From: Vulcanimicrobiota bacterium
GTDB lineage: Bacteria > Vulcanimicrobiota > Vulcanimicrobiia > Vulcanimicrobiales > Vulcanimicrobiaceae
Length of the DNA: 64,000 nt
Reading direction: 5' to 3'
NCBI GenBank assembly: GCA_963695225.1
Contig: OY968762.1
Location: 224,001-288,000 of the forward strand
The notes beneath the pieces were generated by a model. It did no database searches, was not told where the DNA came from, and saw nothing but the letters and a program-made list of their open reading frames with translations. Every line of letters begins with the position of its first letter. Within the stretch, counting starts at the first letter, position 1. The position numbers and the translations under genes were made by a program. Positions 38,211 to 48,015 of this stretch are shown in pieces.

Positions 38211-38846
38211 ATGATCGATCGCCACGAGCTCCTGCTGTTCATCCCCGCGATGCTCGCCATCACGTTCATGCCCGGGCCGGACATGCTCTTCGTGCTGGCG
38301 CAGAGCGCGCACGGCGGGGCCCGCAAGGGCGTCCTCGGCGTCCTCGGAATCGTCAGCGGCGGCTGCGTCCACATCACCGCGGCGGCGCTCGGCCTCTCCG
38401 CGCTGATCTTCCAATCCGCCTTCCTGTTCTCGCTGGTGAAGGCGGCGGGCGCCGCGTACTTGATCTTCCTCGGAATCCGGACGCTTCTCGCGCGCGACCA
38501 GCCCCCCGCCGCGGAACCAACGTCGCCGCCCGCCGGCGACGACTGGAGCGCCTACCGGAACGGGTTCTTCACGAACATCCTCAACCCGAAGGTCGCGCTG
38601 TTCGTCCTCGCGTTCCTGCCGCAGTTCGTCGTCCCCGAACGCGGGCACGCCGGCCTGCAAATCGCGGCGCTCGGCGCGATCTGGTTCGGCACCGGCGCCG
38701 TCGTCCTCAGCGGCGTCGCGCTCGCGGGCGGGGCCGTCGAAGGCTTGCGCCGCCGCAGCGCGCGGGCGCGCGCGGTCGAGCGCGTCCTGACCGGAAGCAT
38801 CTTCCTGGGCCTCGGTTTGCGGGTCGCGCTCCCGGACCGCCGCTAG
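38211..38846 (+). CDS. LysE/RhtB-family translocator
   Basis: PGPDMLFVL, GAAYLIFLG, NILNPKVALF. Confidence 0.93.
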   Translation: MIDRHELLLFIPAMLAITFMPGPDMLFVLAQSAHGGARKGVLGVLGIVSGGCVHITAAALGLSALIFQSAFLFSLVKAAGAAYLIFLGIRTLLARDQPPAAEPTSPPAGDDWSAYRNGFFTNILNPKVALFVLAFLPQFVVPERGHAGLQIAALGAIWFGTGAVVLSGVALAGGAVEGLRRRSARARAVERVLTGSIFLGLGLRVALPDRR

Positions 38847-38880
38847 GATACCTCGCGCCGTGCCCTAATCTAATCCGGTC

Positions 38881-41511
38881 GTGCAAACCGAGCTTTCGAA
38901 GACCTACGATCCGGCCGCGATCGAGCGCGCGCGTTACGAAGCCTGGGAACGCAGCGGCGTCTTTCACGAGGAGCCCGATCCGGCGCGCCCGCCGTTCATC
39001 ATCTCGATGCCGCCGCCGAACATCACCGGCCGCGCGCACCTCGGGCACGGCTCGACCTACACGCCGATGGACATCCTCACGCGTTACCACCGCATGCTCG
39101 GCGAGAACGCGAACTGGATCCCCGGCCAAGACCACGCCGCGATTGCAACGGAAACCGTCATGGTCCGCGAACTCGCGAAGGAAGGGCTTACCCGCGACGG
39201 CCTCGGCCGCGAGGAATACCTGCGCCGCGTCTGGGCCTGGCGCGAAGAATACGGCGGGATCATCAACGATCAGTTCCGCCTGCTCGGCTTCGGGCCCGAT
39301 TGGCAGCGCGAGCGTTTCACGCTGGACCCCGGCCTCTCGGCCGCCGTTCTCAAGGTCTTCGTCGAGCTCTACAACGAGGGCTCGATCTATCGCGGAACGC
39401 GCCTGGTCAACTGGGATCCCGCCTCGCAATCGACGCTCTCCGACGCCGAAGTCGACGACGAAGAGCGCGCGGGCTCTCTCTGGCACATCCGCTACACCTC
39501 CGAAGACGGCTCGTTTTCCATCGAAGTCGCGACGACGCGCCCCGAGACGATGCTCGGCGATACCGCCGTCGCCGTCCACCCCGACGACGAACGCTACCGC
39601 GCGCTCGTCGGCAAGGCCGTCGTCCTCCCGCTCGTCGGCCGCCGCCTCCCGATCGTCGCCGACGCCGCCGTCGAACGCGATTTCGGCACCGGCGCCGTGA
39701 AGGTGACGCCCGCGCACGACCCCACCGACAACGAGATCGGCGAGCGGCACGGGCTCCCGATGCCGAGCGTGATCGGATTCGACGGCAAGATGACCGGCGA
39801 ATGCCCCGAGCCCTACCGCGGCCTCGACCGCTTCGAAGCACGCGAAGCCGTCGTGCGCGACCTCGCCGCCATCGGCGCGCTCGTGAAGACGGAACCCCAC
39901 ACGCTGCGCGTCCCGATCAGCTCGCGTTCCGGCGCCGTCGTCGAACCGCTCCTCTCCCTGCAGTGGTTCTGCCGCATGACCGCCCTCGCGCAGCCCGCGC
40001 TCGAGGCCTACCACGACGGCCGCATCCGCTTCGTCCCCGAGCGATTCGGACGCACCTACGAGCAGTGGCTCGTCAACATCAAAGACTGGTGCATCTCGCG
40101 CCAAGTCTGGTGGGGGCACCAGCTTCCCGTCTGGTACACGCCGGACGGCGAGCCGGTCGTCGCGGAAACGGAAGCGCAAGCGCGCGCGCTCGCCCGCGAG
40201 CGGTTCGGCGAGGTCGAACTGCGGCGCGATCCCGACACGCTCGACACCTGGTTCTCGAGCGGCCTATGGCCGTTCTCGATCCTCGGCTGGCCGGAGAAGA
40301 CGCCCGAACTCGCGGCCTGGTATCCGAATCAGGTCATGATCACGAGCCGCGACATCATTTTCCTGTGGGTCGCGCGCATGGTCATGCTCGGGATGAAGTT
40401 CGCCGGCGGCATCCCGTTCCGCGACGTCTTCGTCACGCCGCTCGTCTTCGACATGCACGGCCGCAAGATGAGCAAGAGCCTCGGCAACTCGATCGACCCG
40501 CTCGACCTCATCGAAAAGTACGGCGCCGACGCGACGCGCTTCGGCATCGTGCGCCAGATGCGCCTTGAATCGCAGGAATTGCGCTTCGACGAACGCTTCT
40601 GCCAAAAATCGCGCGACTTCAACACGAAGATGTGGAACGCGCTGCGCTACGTGCGCAGCCTCCCCGAAGGCCTCCCGGCCGCGTCAACCCTCCCGCCCGC
40701 GGCGCACCTCTCGCTCGCCGACCGCTGGATCCTCACGAAGCTGCGCGCGCTCGTCGAACGCGTCACCGAGGGCCTCGACTGCTACGACCTCGGCCCCACC
40801 GCCGACGCGCTGCTGGAGTTCGTCTGGTTCGACTTCTGCGACTGGTATCTCGAAGCAACGAAGACCGACACGCCGGCCCCCGGCGCGGCCCACAGGCCGA
40901 CGCGCGGCGCGGTCCTCTCCTACGTGTTGAACGCGACGATGCGCCTGCTCCATCCGTTCTGCCCGTTCGTCACCGAAGAAATCTGGCTCGCGCTGCCGCA
41001 CGACGGCGCGACGATCGTCACCGCCTCCTGGCCCGACCCGGCCGAAATCCCCTCGGACCCGCAGGCCGCGGCCCGCTACGAGCGCCTCAAGACCGTCGTC
41101 GCGAAGGTCCGCGACATGCGCGCCCAACTCGGCCTCGCCCCCAGCGAAAAGCTCAGCCTCGAAGTCCCCCCCGCCCTCGACGCCGGCGCCCGCTCCCTCC
41201 TGGCCCAGCACGCCAACGCCGCCATCATAGAATCCGCGCAGCCCCAACCCCCCGCCGCCGACCCCCTGAGCGCAGTCACCGTGCGTGCTCCCGCCGAACT
41301 CCTCCGCGCTCGCTATACCAAAGAAGCCTCCCGCCTCGATGCCGAGGTCGAGCGCCTCGTCCGCAAGCTTGCTAACGAGGGATTCGTGAGCAAGGCGTCC
41401 CCGGACGTGGTTACGAAGGAGCGCGAGAAGTTGGCCGGCTACGAGCAGGAACGCGACCGCGTCCGCGCGCTCCTGGCCGGCCTCGACGCGGAGGGAGCTA
41501 CCCAATCTTGA
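38881..41511 (+). CDS. valS: Valine-tRNA ligase
   Basis: PPPNITGRAHLGH, DWCISRQ, KMSKS, C-terminal coiled coil. Confidence 0.99.
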   Translation: MQTELSKTYDPAAIERARYEAWERSGVFHEEPDPARPPFIISMPPPNITGRAHLGHGSTYTPMDILTRYHRMLGENANWIPGQDHAAIATETVMVRELAKEGLTRDGLGREEYLRRVWAWREEYGGIINDQFRLLGFGPDWQRERFTLDPGLSAAVLKVFVELYNEGSIYRGTRLVNWDPASQSTLSDAEVDDEERAGSLWHIRYTSEDGSFSIEVATTRPETMLGDTAVAVHPDDERYRALVGKAVVLPLVGRRLPIVADAAVERDFGTGAVKVTPAHDPTDNEIGERHGLPMPSVIGFDGKMTGECPEPYRGLDRFEAREAVVRDLAAIGALVKTEPHTLRVPISSRSGAVVEPLLSLQWFCRMTALAQPALEAYHDGRIRFVPERFGRTYEQWLVNIKDWCISRQVWWGHQLPVWYTPDGEPVVAETEAQARALARERFGEVELRRDPDTLDTWFSSGLWPFSILGWPEKTPELAAWYPNQVMITSRDIIFLWVARMVMLGMKFAGGIPFRDVFVTPLVFDMHGRKMSKSLGNSIDPLDLIEKYGADATRFGIVRQMRLESQELRFDERFCQKSRDFNTKMWNALRYVRSLPEGLPAASTLPPAAHLSLADRWILTKLRALVERVTEGLDCYDLGPTADALLEFVWFDFCDWYLEATKTDTPAPGAAHRPTRGAVLSYVLNATMRLLHPFCPFVTEEIWLALPHDGATIVTASWPDPAEIPSDPQAAARYERLKTVVAKVRDMRAQLGLAPSEKLSLEVPPALDAGARSLLAQHANAAIIESAQPQPPAADPLSAVTVRAPAELLRARYTKEASRLDAEVERLVRKLANEGFVSKASPDVVTKEREKLAGYEQERDRVRALLAGLDAEGATQS

Positions 41512-42071
41512 AGAGCGCGCTCGAAGGGGTGCGGCAACGCACGTTGATGTCGTCGGACCAGATCGATCGCGCGATCGCTCGTTTGGCCCATCAAATCCTC
41601 GAGCCCGAGGATGCCCAAGACGGCGTCGTCCTGATCGGCATCCGCCGCGGCGGCGAAATCCTCGCGCGCCGCCTCGCCTCCAAAATCGAGGAAATCTCGG
41701 GCCGCAAGCCCGGCATCGGCTTCCTGAACATCAACCTCTACCGCGACGACGACGTCGCTCGCGCGCTGCCGGAATCCGAAATCCACGAAGACCTCACCGG
41801 CAAAGTCGTCGTCATCGTCGACGACGTGCTCTACACCGGCCGCTCCGTCCGTTCCGCGCTCGACGCCGTCACCGATCTCGGCCGCCCGCGCGTGATCCGG
41901 CTCGCCGTACTGATCGATCGCGGCCTGCGCGAGCTCCCGATCCAAGGCGATTACGTCGGGCGCACGATCCCGACCAGCCGGCGCGAGCACATCGACGTGC
42001 ACCTCTCGAAGAGACTCGCGGAATCCGACCGCGTGGTGATCACGAACGAAACCGACGATGCGGGGGCGTAG
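41508..42071 (+). CDS. pyrR: PyrR regulator / uracil phosphoribosyltransferase
   Basis: LYRDD, VDDVLYTGRS, DRGLRELPI. Confidence 0.96.
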   Translation: MKSALEGVRQRTLMSSDQIDRAIARLAHQILEPEDAQDGVVLIGIRRGGEILARRLASKIEEISGRKPGIGFLNINLYRDDDVARALPESEIHEDLTGKVVVIVDDVLYTGRSVRSALDAVTDLGRPRVIRLAVLIDRGLRELPIQGDYVGRTIPTSRREHIDVHLSKRLAESDRVVITNETDDAGA

Positions 42072-42969
42072 CCTCCTCGACCTCGACGACCTCACGAGCG
42101 CCGAACTCCACAATCTCCTCGACCGCGCGCGCGGCTTCGACCGCTCTCCGCCGTCGCGCAGCTTGCTGCACGGCGTCTGCGTCGTCAATCTCTTCTTCGA
42201 GGCGAGCACGCGCACGTTCACGTCGTTCGCGATCGCGGAGCAACGCGTCGGCGCCGACGTCGTCGCGCTCCCGCCCGGCTCGTCGAGCCTCGGGAAGGGC
42301 GAGACGATCGCCGACACGGCGATCACGCTCGACGCGATGGGCGTCAACGTGATCGTCACGCGCCACCCGGAATCGGGCTTCCCGTACCGCCTCGCGGAGA
42401 GCTTTAACGGCCACGTCATCAACGCGGGCGACGGCCGCCACGCGCACCCCACGCAAGCGCTGCTCGACCTGTTCACGCTGCAGAGCGAATTCAACCGCAT
42501 CGAAGGTTTGCGCGTCGCGCTCGTCGGCGACATCCTGCACAGCCGGGTCGCGCGCTCGAACATCATCGGCTTGTCCCGCATGGGCGCCGAGGTCACGCTC
42601 GTCGGCCCGCCGACGCTGCTCCCCGATGCGATGGCGCGCGAGGGCGTGCGCATCGAGCGCGATTTCGACGCGATCCTCCCGGACGTCGACGCCGTGATGC
42701 TCCTGCGCATCCAGCGCGAGCGCATCGAGTCTGCCGTCCTGCCCTCGCTCGACGATTACGCGCGCAACTACCGCATGGATTCCAAACGCCTCGCGAAGCT
42801 GCCGCCGCACGCGATCGTCATGCACCCGGGCCCTTACAACCGCGGCGTCGAGCTCACCGAAGACGTCCTCGCCTGGAATCGCTGGCGCTACGCGCAGCAG
42901 GTCGCGCACGGCGTCCCCGTCCGCATGGCCGTGCTCGATTTCCTCGTGAACGTGCGGGTGCACCCATGA
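42058..42969 (+). CDS. pyrB: Aspartate carbamoyltransferase
   Basis: FFEASTRT, HPTQALLD, HSRVARSN, HPGP. Confidence 0.98.
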   Translation: MRGRSLLDLDDLTSAELHNLLDRARGFDRSPPSRSLLHGVCVVNLFFEASTRTFTSFAIAEQRVGADVVALPPGSSSLGKGETIADTAITLDAMGVNVIVTRHPESGFPYRLAESFNGHVINAGDGRHAHPTQALLDLFTLQSEFNRIEGLRVALVGDILHSRVARSNIIGLSRMGAEVTLVGPPTLLPDAMAREGVRIERDFDAILPDVDAVMLLRIQRERIESAVLPSLDDYARNYRMDSKRLAKLPPHAIVMHPGPYNRGVELTEDVLAWNRWRYAQQVAHGVPVRMAVLDFLVNVRVHP

Positions 42970-44258
42970 ACGTGCTGATCCGAGGCGGCCGCCTCATCGA
43001 CCCCGCGAACGACGTCGACGCGCTCCTCGATCTGCGCATCGCAAACGGTATCGTCGTCGAAATCGGCGAGCACCTCGCACCGGCGGGCGAAGGCGAAGAA
43101 ATCGTCGAGGCCGAGAACGCAATCGTCGCCCCCGGCTTCATCGACATGCACGTCCACCTGCGCGAACCGGGCCAAACGCACAAGGAAACGATCGCAAGCG
43201 GCGTCGCCGCCGCGGTCGCCGGCGGTTACACCGCCGTCGCCTGCATGCCGAACACCGAGCCCGCGCTCGATTCGCCGGCGATGATCTCCGAAGTGGTCGG
43301 CCTCGCCGCGCGCGCGCGCGTCGCGCGCGTGTATCCGATCGGCGCGATCACGCGCGGCCGCGCCGGGAAGGAACTCGCGCCGTATTGGCGCCTGCACGAC
43401 GCCGGCGCGGTCGCCTTCAGCGACGACGGCGCCTGCGTCGAAAACGCGCGCGTCCTGCGCCAGGCGGCGCTGTACGCGCGCGACGTCCCCGGCGTCTTCA
43501 TCTCGCACTGCGAAGACCCGCAGCTCAAAGGCGACGCGCTCATGAACGAAGGCGAGGCCTCGTTCCGGCTCGGCATCGTCGGCAGCCCCGCGCTCGCCGA
43601 AGACGTCCAAGTCGCGCGCGATCTCCTGATCGCCGGCGACACGCGCAAGCGCTTTCACATCGCGCACGTCTCGAGCCGCATGAGCGTCGAGCTGATGCGC
43701 TTCGCGCGCGCGCAGGGCATCACCGCGACCTGCGAAGTCACGCCGCACCATCTCGGCCTGCACGACGACGGCTTCGACCGCTTCCGCGCCGATTCGAAAG
43801 TGAATCCGCCCCTGCGCGGCGAGAGCGACGCCGCCGCGTTGCGCGCCGCCGTCCGCGACGGCACGATCGACGTCTTCGCAACCGATCACGCGCCGCACAC
43901 GCGCGAAGAAAAGGCGCAACTCCTCAGCGGAGCGCCGGTCGGCTTCTCCGGGCTCGAAGTCGCGCTCGGCGCGTACCAAGCCGCGTTGCCGGATCTCCCG
44001 CTGCGCCGCTTCGTCGAACTCCTTGCGACGAACCCGGCGCGCATCCTCGGCGTCCCGGGCGGCGCGTTGCCGCTCGGCGCACCCGGCGACGTGACCGTCT
44101 TTGCCGAGCGCCCCTGGCGCGTCTCGGCGCAAGCATTCTACTCCTTGGGCAAGAATACGCCGTACGATGGACGGATGCTGGAACGGCGCGCGATCGCGAC
44201 GATCGTCGGGGGCCGCGTCGTGATGCGCGACGGCGTGCCCAACGGAGCGCCGCGTTGA
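42966..44258 (+). CDS. pyrC: Dihydroorotase
   Basis: DMHVHLREPG, EVTPHH, KVNPPLR, TDHAPH. Confidence 0.98.
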   Translation: MNVLIRGGRLIDPANDVDALLDLRIANGIVVEIGEHLAPAGEGEEIVEAENAIVAPGFIDMHVHLREPGQTHKETIASGVAAAVAGGYTAVACMPNTEPALDSPAMISEVVGLAARARVARVYPIGAITRGRAGKELAPYWRLHDAGAVAFSDDGACVENARVLRQAALYARDVPGVFISHCEDPQLKGDALMNEGEASFRLGIVGSPALAEDVQVARDLLIAGDTRKRFHIAHVSSRMSVELMRFARAQGITATCEVTPHHLGLHDDGFDRFRADSKVNPPLRGESDAAALRAAVRDGTIDVFATDHAPHTREEKAQLLSGAPVGFSGLEVALGAYQAALPDLPLRRFVELLATNPARILGVPGGALPLGAPGDVTVFAERPWRVSAQAFYSLGKNTPYDGRMLERRAIATIVGGRVVMRDGVPNGAPR

Positions 44259-45334
44259 AGCCCGCGCTGCTGCTGCTCGCCGACGGAACGCGCTTCGAAG
44301 GCGAAGGGCTCGGTTACGACGCGCTCGCGCTCGGCGAAGCCGTGTTCTTCACGGGCATGACCGGCTACGAAGAGGCGCTGACCGATCCGTCGTACGCGGG
44401 CCAGCTCCTCACGTTCACCTATCCGCTGATCGGGAACTACGGCATCTCGGGCACCGCGGCGCAGCATCCCCGCGCCTGCGTCGCCGGCGCGATCATCAAG
44501 CGCATTTCGTATCATCCTTCGCACCACGCCTCGACGAAAGACCTCCCGACCTGGCTGACGGAACAGCGCGTCCCGACGCTCGTCGGCGTCGATACGCGCG
44601 CGCTGACGATCGCGTTGCGCGAGCACGGCACGATCCGCGCCGTCCTCGCCGTCGGCGAAAGCTCGATCGCGAAGGCGGAAGCGGCGCTCGTCCCGTACGC
44701 GCGCGAAACTTCGACCGTCGGCCTCGTCGCGAGCGTCGCCGCGCGCGAAGTCTCGAATTACGGCGCCGAACCGGACGGCAGCGGCCCGCACGTCGTGTTG
44801 ATCGATTGCGGCGTGAAGCGCGCGATCGTGCGCAACCTCGTCGAGCGCGGCGCGCGCGTCACCGTCGTTCCCTACGAAGTGACGCGCGAGGAAGTCCTCG
44901 CCTACAAGCCCGACGCGCTCGTGATCTCGCCGGGTCCCGGCGACCCGACCGATCTCCCGCAGACGATCGACCTGCTCCGCGGTTTCGTCGGCGAGTTGCC
45001 GATGTTCGGCGTGTGCCTCGGCCATCAGCTCCTCGCCCTCGCCTGCGGCGCCACGACGTTCAAACTCCCGTACGGGCATCGCGGCGGCAACCAGCCCGTC
45101 AAAGTGCTCGAGAGCAACCACGTGCTCGTAACGGCGCAGAATCACGGGTACGCCGTCGACGGCGCGACGCTCCCCGCCGACCTCGAATCGACGATGATCA
45201 ACCTCAACGACGGCACGAACGAAGGCTTCCGGCATCGCCGCTTGCCGATCGCAGGCGTCCAATTCCATCCCGAAGCATCGCCCGGGCCGGGAGACGCGCG
45301 CTACCTGTTCGGGACATGGCTCGAGCAAATCTGA
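44255..45334 (+). CDS. carA: Carbamoyl-phosphate synthase small subunit
   Basis: LTDPSY, SPGPGDP, GVCLGHQ, QFHPEASPGP; TTGA overlap with pyrC. Confidence 0.98.
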   Translation: MKPALLLLADGTRFEGEGLGYDALALGEAVFFTGMTGYEEALTDPSYAGQLLTFTYPLIGNYGISGTAAQHPRACVAGAIIKRISYHPSHHASTKDLPTWLTEQRVPTLVGVDTRALTIALREHGTIRAVLAVGESSIAKAEAALVPYARETSTVGLVASVAAREVSNYGAEPDGSGPHVVLIDCGVKRAIVRNLVERGARVTVVPYEVTREEVLAYKPDALVISPGPGDPTDLPQTIDLLRGFVGELPMFGVCLGHQLLALACGATTFKLPYGHRGGNQPVKVLESNHVLVTAQNHGYAVDGATLPADLESTMINLNDGTNEGFRHRRLPIAGVQFHPEASPGPGDARYLFGTWLEQI

Positions 45335-46257
45335 CCCCCGCGCGCGCGCCGCAGCGCGCCCTCGCCCTCGCGTTCGCAGCCGCCGCGGCCCTCGCAACGT
45401 GCGGCGCGGCCCGGGCGCAAACGGAACGGCTGCCGAGCTTCCACGTGAAGGCGTTCGAACTCGCCGGAGACCGCGCGAGCGCGATGGTCGGCGATCCGGT
45501 GCGTTTGACGCTCCGCATCCGGCTCGACGAAAAGGTGCAGGCGCTCGATCGCGTGACGCTTCCGAACCTCGGCGGCTTCGATTCCTACGGCGACGAACGC
45601 CATTGCGTCCCCGCCGGCAACGGAAGCGAATGCACGGAGCTGCTGACCGTGCGCGGCCTTTCGCCCGGCAACTACACGCTCGGCCCCGCGGTGTTCGAGG
45701 CGGTCGATGCGACGACCGGAAAACCGAGCCGGTTCGAATCGAACGCGGTATCGATCAGCGTCGAGCCGCGCGCCGTGACGTACGGTTCGCATCTTCCCGA
45801 GTATGGCATCGTCGCTGCGATCGTCTTGGCCGTCGGCCTCGCCGTCGTGTTCGTCTTGCGGCGGCGCAGCGGCCCCGCGGTCGGCACGGTCAGGCGTCTC
45901 GAGCCGGAAGTCGTCGAGGAACCCGCGCCGTCGACGTTGCCCGTCTCGCGCGCCGAGCCGATGGACGACGAATCGCGTTGGCGCCTGATCATGGCGAATC
46001 TTGCGTCGCGCCCCTCGCGTACGCGCGTCCTCATCGTGCGCACTGCGCTACGCGAGCGCCTCGGCGCGCGCGAGGACGAGACGTTCGGCGACCTGATGGC
46101 GCGCTACGCCGCGACCGGCGATGCGGAGCTCCTCGACGCGATGCGCGCGATCGAGCGGGCCGCCTTCATCGACGACGAGCACCTCGAAGCCGCGGTCCGC
46201 GACGCCCTCGGCCCCCTCGACCGTTTCGCCCGCTCCTCAAGCCGCTTCCGGCGCTAA
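45316..46257 (+). CDS. BatD-like exported, membrane-anchored protein
   Basis: Signal peptide, VGDPVRLTL...PGNYTLGPA Ig-like domain, TM helix; precedes the MoxR gene. Confidence 0.65.
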   Translation: MARANLTPARAPQRALALAFAAAAALATCGAARAQTERLPSFHVKAFELAGDRASAMVGDPVRLTLRIRLDEKVQALDRVTLPNLGGFDSYGDERHCVPAGNGSECTELLTVRGLSPGNYTLGPAVFEAVDATTGKPSRFESNAVSISVEPRAVTYGSHLPEYGIVAAIVLAVGLAVVFVLRRRSGPAVGTVRRLEPEVVEEPAPSTLPVSRAEPMDDESRWRLIMANLASRPSRTRVLIVRTALRERLGAREDETFGDLMARYAATGDAELLDAMRAIERAAFIDDEHLEAAVRDALGPLDRFARSSSRFRR

Positions 46258-46260
46258 CGC

Positions 46261-47181
46261 GTGCGCGAACCGAAGGTTCTCCTCGATGCGCTCGAGACGA
46301 CGATCGTCGGCCAGCGCCCCGTGCTCGAAGCGCTCGTGCTGGCGTTGATCGCCGACGGCCATCTCTTGCTCGAAGGCCCGCCCGGCCTCGCGAAAACACT
46401 CGCCTGCCGCGCGCTCGCGCGAGCGGTCGGCGGCAGCTTCAAGCGCGTGCAATTCACGCCGGACCTCTTGCCGAGCGACATCGTCGGCACGCGCATCTTC
46501 GACCAGAAAGCCGGCGACTTCGCAACCTCGCTCGGCCCGATCTTCGCGAACATCGTGCTCGCCGACGAAATCAACCGCGCCCCCGCGAAAGTCCAATCCG
46601 CACTGCTGGAAGCGATGCAGGAACGCCAGGTCACGATCGGCTTGCAGACGCACGCGCTTCCCGATCCGTTCGTCGTCCTCGCCACGATGAACCCGCTCGA
46701 ACACGAAGGCACCTACGCGCTCCCGCTCGCGCAGAACGATCGTTTCCTGATGAAGGTCCTCGTCGGCTACCCGACGCCGGAAGAAGAAGCCGGGATCGTA
46801 CGGCGTTTCGGCGGCGAGCCGCCGGAATTGCCCTCGAACGTCGTCTCGATCGAAGACGTCGCGAGCTGGCGCCACGCCGCCCGCGCGATCTACGTCGAGC
46901 CCCGCGCAATCGAATACGCGGTTCGCCTCGTCGGCGCCACTCGCGCCACGCATGCGCACGTCGAAGGCGGCGCAAGCCCCCGCGCGACGCTCGCGCTCGT
47001 CGCAATCGCCCGCGCCCGCGCGCTCCTCGAGGGCCGCGACTACGTGCTCCCCGACGACGTCCGCAACTCCGCGCTCGCCGCCATGCGCCACCGCATCCAG
47101 CCGACGTATCAAGCCATGAAAGAGAACATCGGCCCCGACGCGATCGTCACCGAAGTCATCGCCGCCGTCACCCCGCCGTAG
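46261..47181 (+). CDS. MoxR-family AAA+ ATPase
   Basis: GPPGLAKT, QFTPDLLPSD, DEINRAPAKVQSALLEAMQE. Confidence 0.96.
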   Translation: MREPKVLLDALETTIVGQRPVLEALVLALIADGHLLLEGPPGLAKTLACRALARAVGGSFKRVQFTPDLLPSDIVGTRIFDQKAGDFATSLGPIFANIVLADEINRAPAKVQSALLEAMQERQVTIGLQTHALPDPFVVLATMNPLEHEGTYALPLAQNDRFLMKVLVGYPTPEEEAGIVRRFGGEPPELPSNVVSIEDVASWRHAARAIYVEPRAIEYAVRLVGATRATHAHVEGGASPRATLALVAIARARALLEGRDYVLPDDVRNSALAAMRHRIQPTYQAMKENIGPDAIVTEVIAAVTPP

Positions 47182-47238
47182 CCGCCAGGACGCTGCGCAG
47201 GCCGCCGGCCACGTAACGCGCGCGAATGCGCGCGGCTC

Positions 47239-47979
47239 TTAGCGCCGCACCGCACCAGCCGTCGTCCGCTGGAGGAACGCCTGCACGCGATCCCAGGCGT
47301 CTGCGGCTTCGCGGGCCGCTATGCTGTTGCCGGCGGCGCGGAAGAATGAGTGCCCCACGTTCGGATACAGTTGCAGTTCGTAGGCCTTGCCGTGCGCGGT
47401 GAGCCTGCGCTCGATCGCCGCCACGTCGCTCTCGCCGATCAGCGCGTCCACCCCTCCGAAAACCAGCAGCAGCGGCGCGCGCACCGCCGCGACGTCGTCG
47501 AGCGGCGCGCCCTCGCCGCTCGGCATCGGCGACGTGATGCTCTGTCCGTAGAACGCAACCGCCCCGACGAGCCCCGGCAGCGTCGAGGTCACGAACGCGA
47601 CCGTCCCGCCGAACCCGAAGCCCCACGTCGCAATCCGCCCGTTCTCGACGAACGGCTGCGCGTTGAGCCAATCGCGCGCCGCCGAAACGTCGGCGCGCAG
47701 CCCCGCCTTCGTGACGGAGCGCGTCGCCTCGGTCCCCCGCCGGCGCCCCTCCTCGGTAAACGGCTGTTGCAGGTCAGGATCCGTGCGGTGGAAGTAGTCG
47801 ATCGCCAGCCCGACGTACCCCGTGCTCGCGAGCAAATCGGTGATGCGGCGCAGCTCGTCGTCGAAACCGTAGACGCCCTCGAGCACGATCGCCGCCGGGT
47901 GCCGTCCGCGATCGGGGCGAGCCAGGTAGCACGTCATCGGCAGACCATCGACGTCGATCGTCACGGTGCTGGTGGTCAC
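47239..47979 (-). CDS. Dienelactone hydrolase-family protein
   Basis: GYVGLAID, GFGFGG at the nucleophile elbow, YPNVGHSF. Confidence 0.88.
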   Translation of the reverse strand: MTTSTVTIDVDGLPMTCYLARPDRGRHPAAIVLEGVYGFDDELRRITDLLASTGYVGLAIDYFHRTDPDLQQPFTEEGRRRGTEATRSVTKAGLRADVSAARDWLNAQPFVENGRIATWGFGFGGTVAFVTSTLPGLVGAVAFYGQSITSPMPSGEGAPLDDVAAVRAPLLLVFGGVDALIGESDVAAIERRLTAHGKAYELQLYPNVGHSFFRAAGNSIAAREAADAWDRVQAFLQRTTAGAVRR

Positions 47980-48015
47980 GCGCTTCCTCCCCCGTCCTGG
48001 GTTGCGACATTTGTC

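Noticed and set aside
37434..38846. tRNA-Pro as an integration site for an island
   Set aside because: No integrase and no duplicated tRNA 3' end were found downstream.
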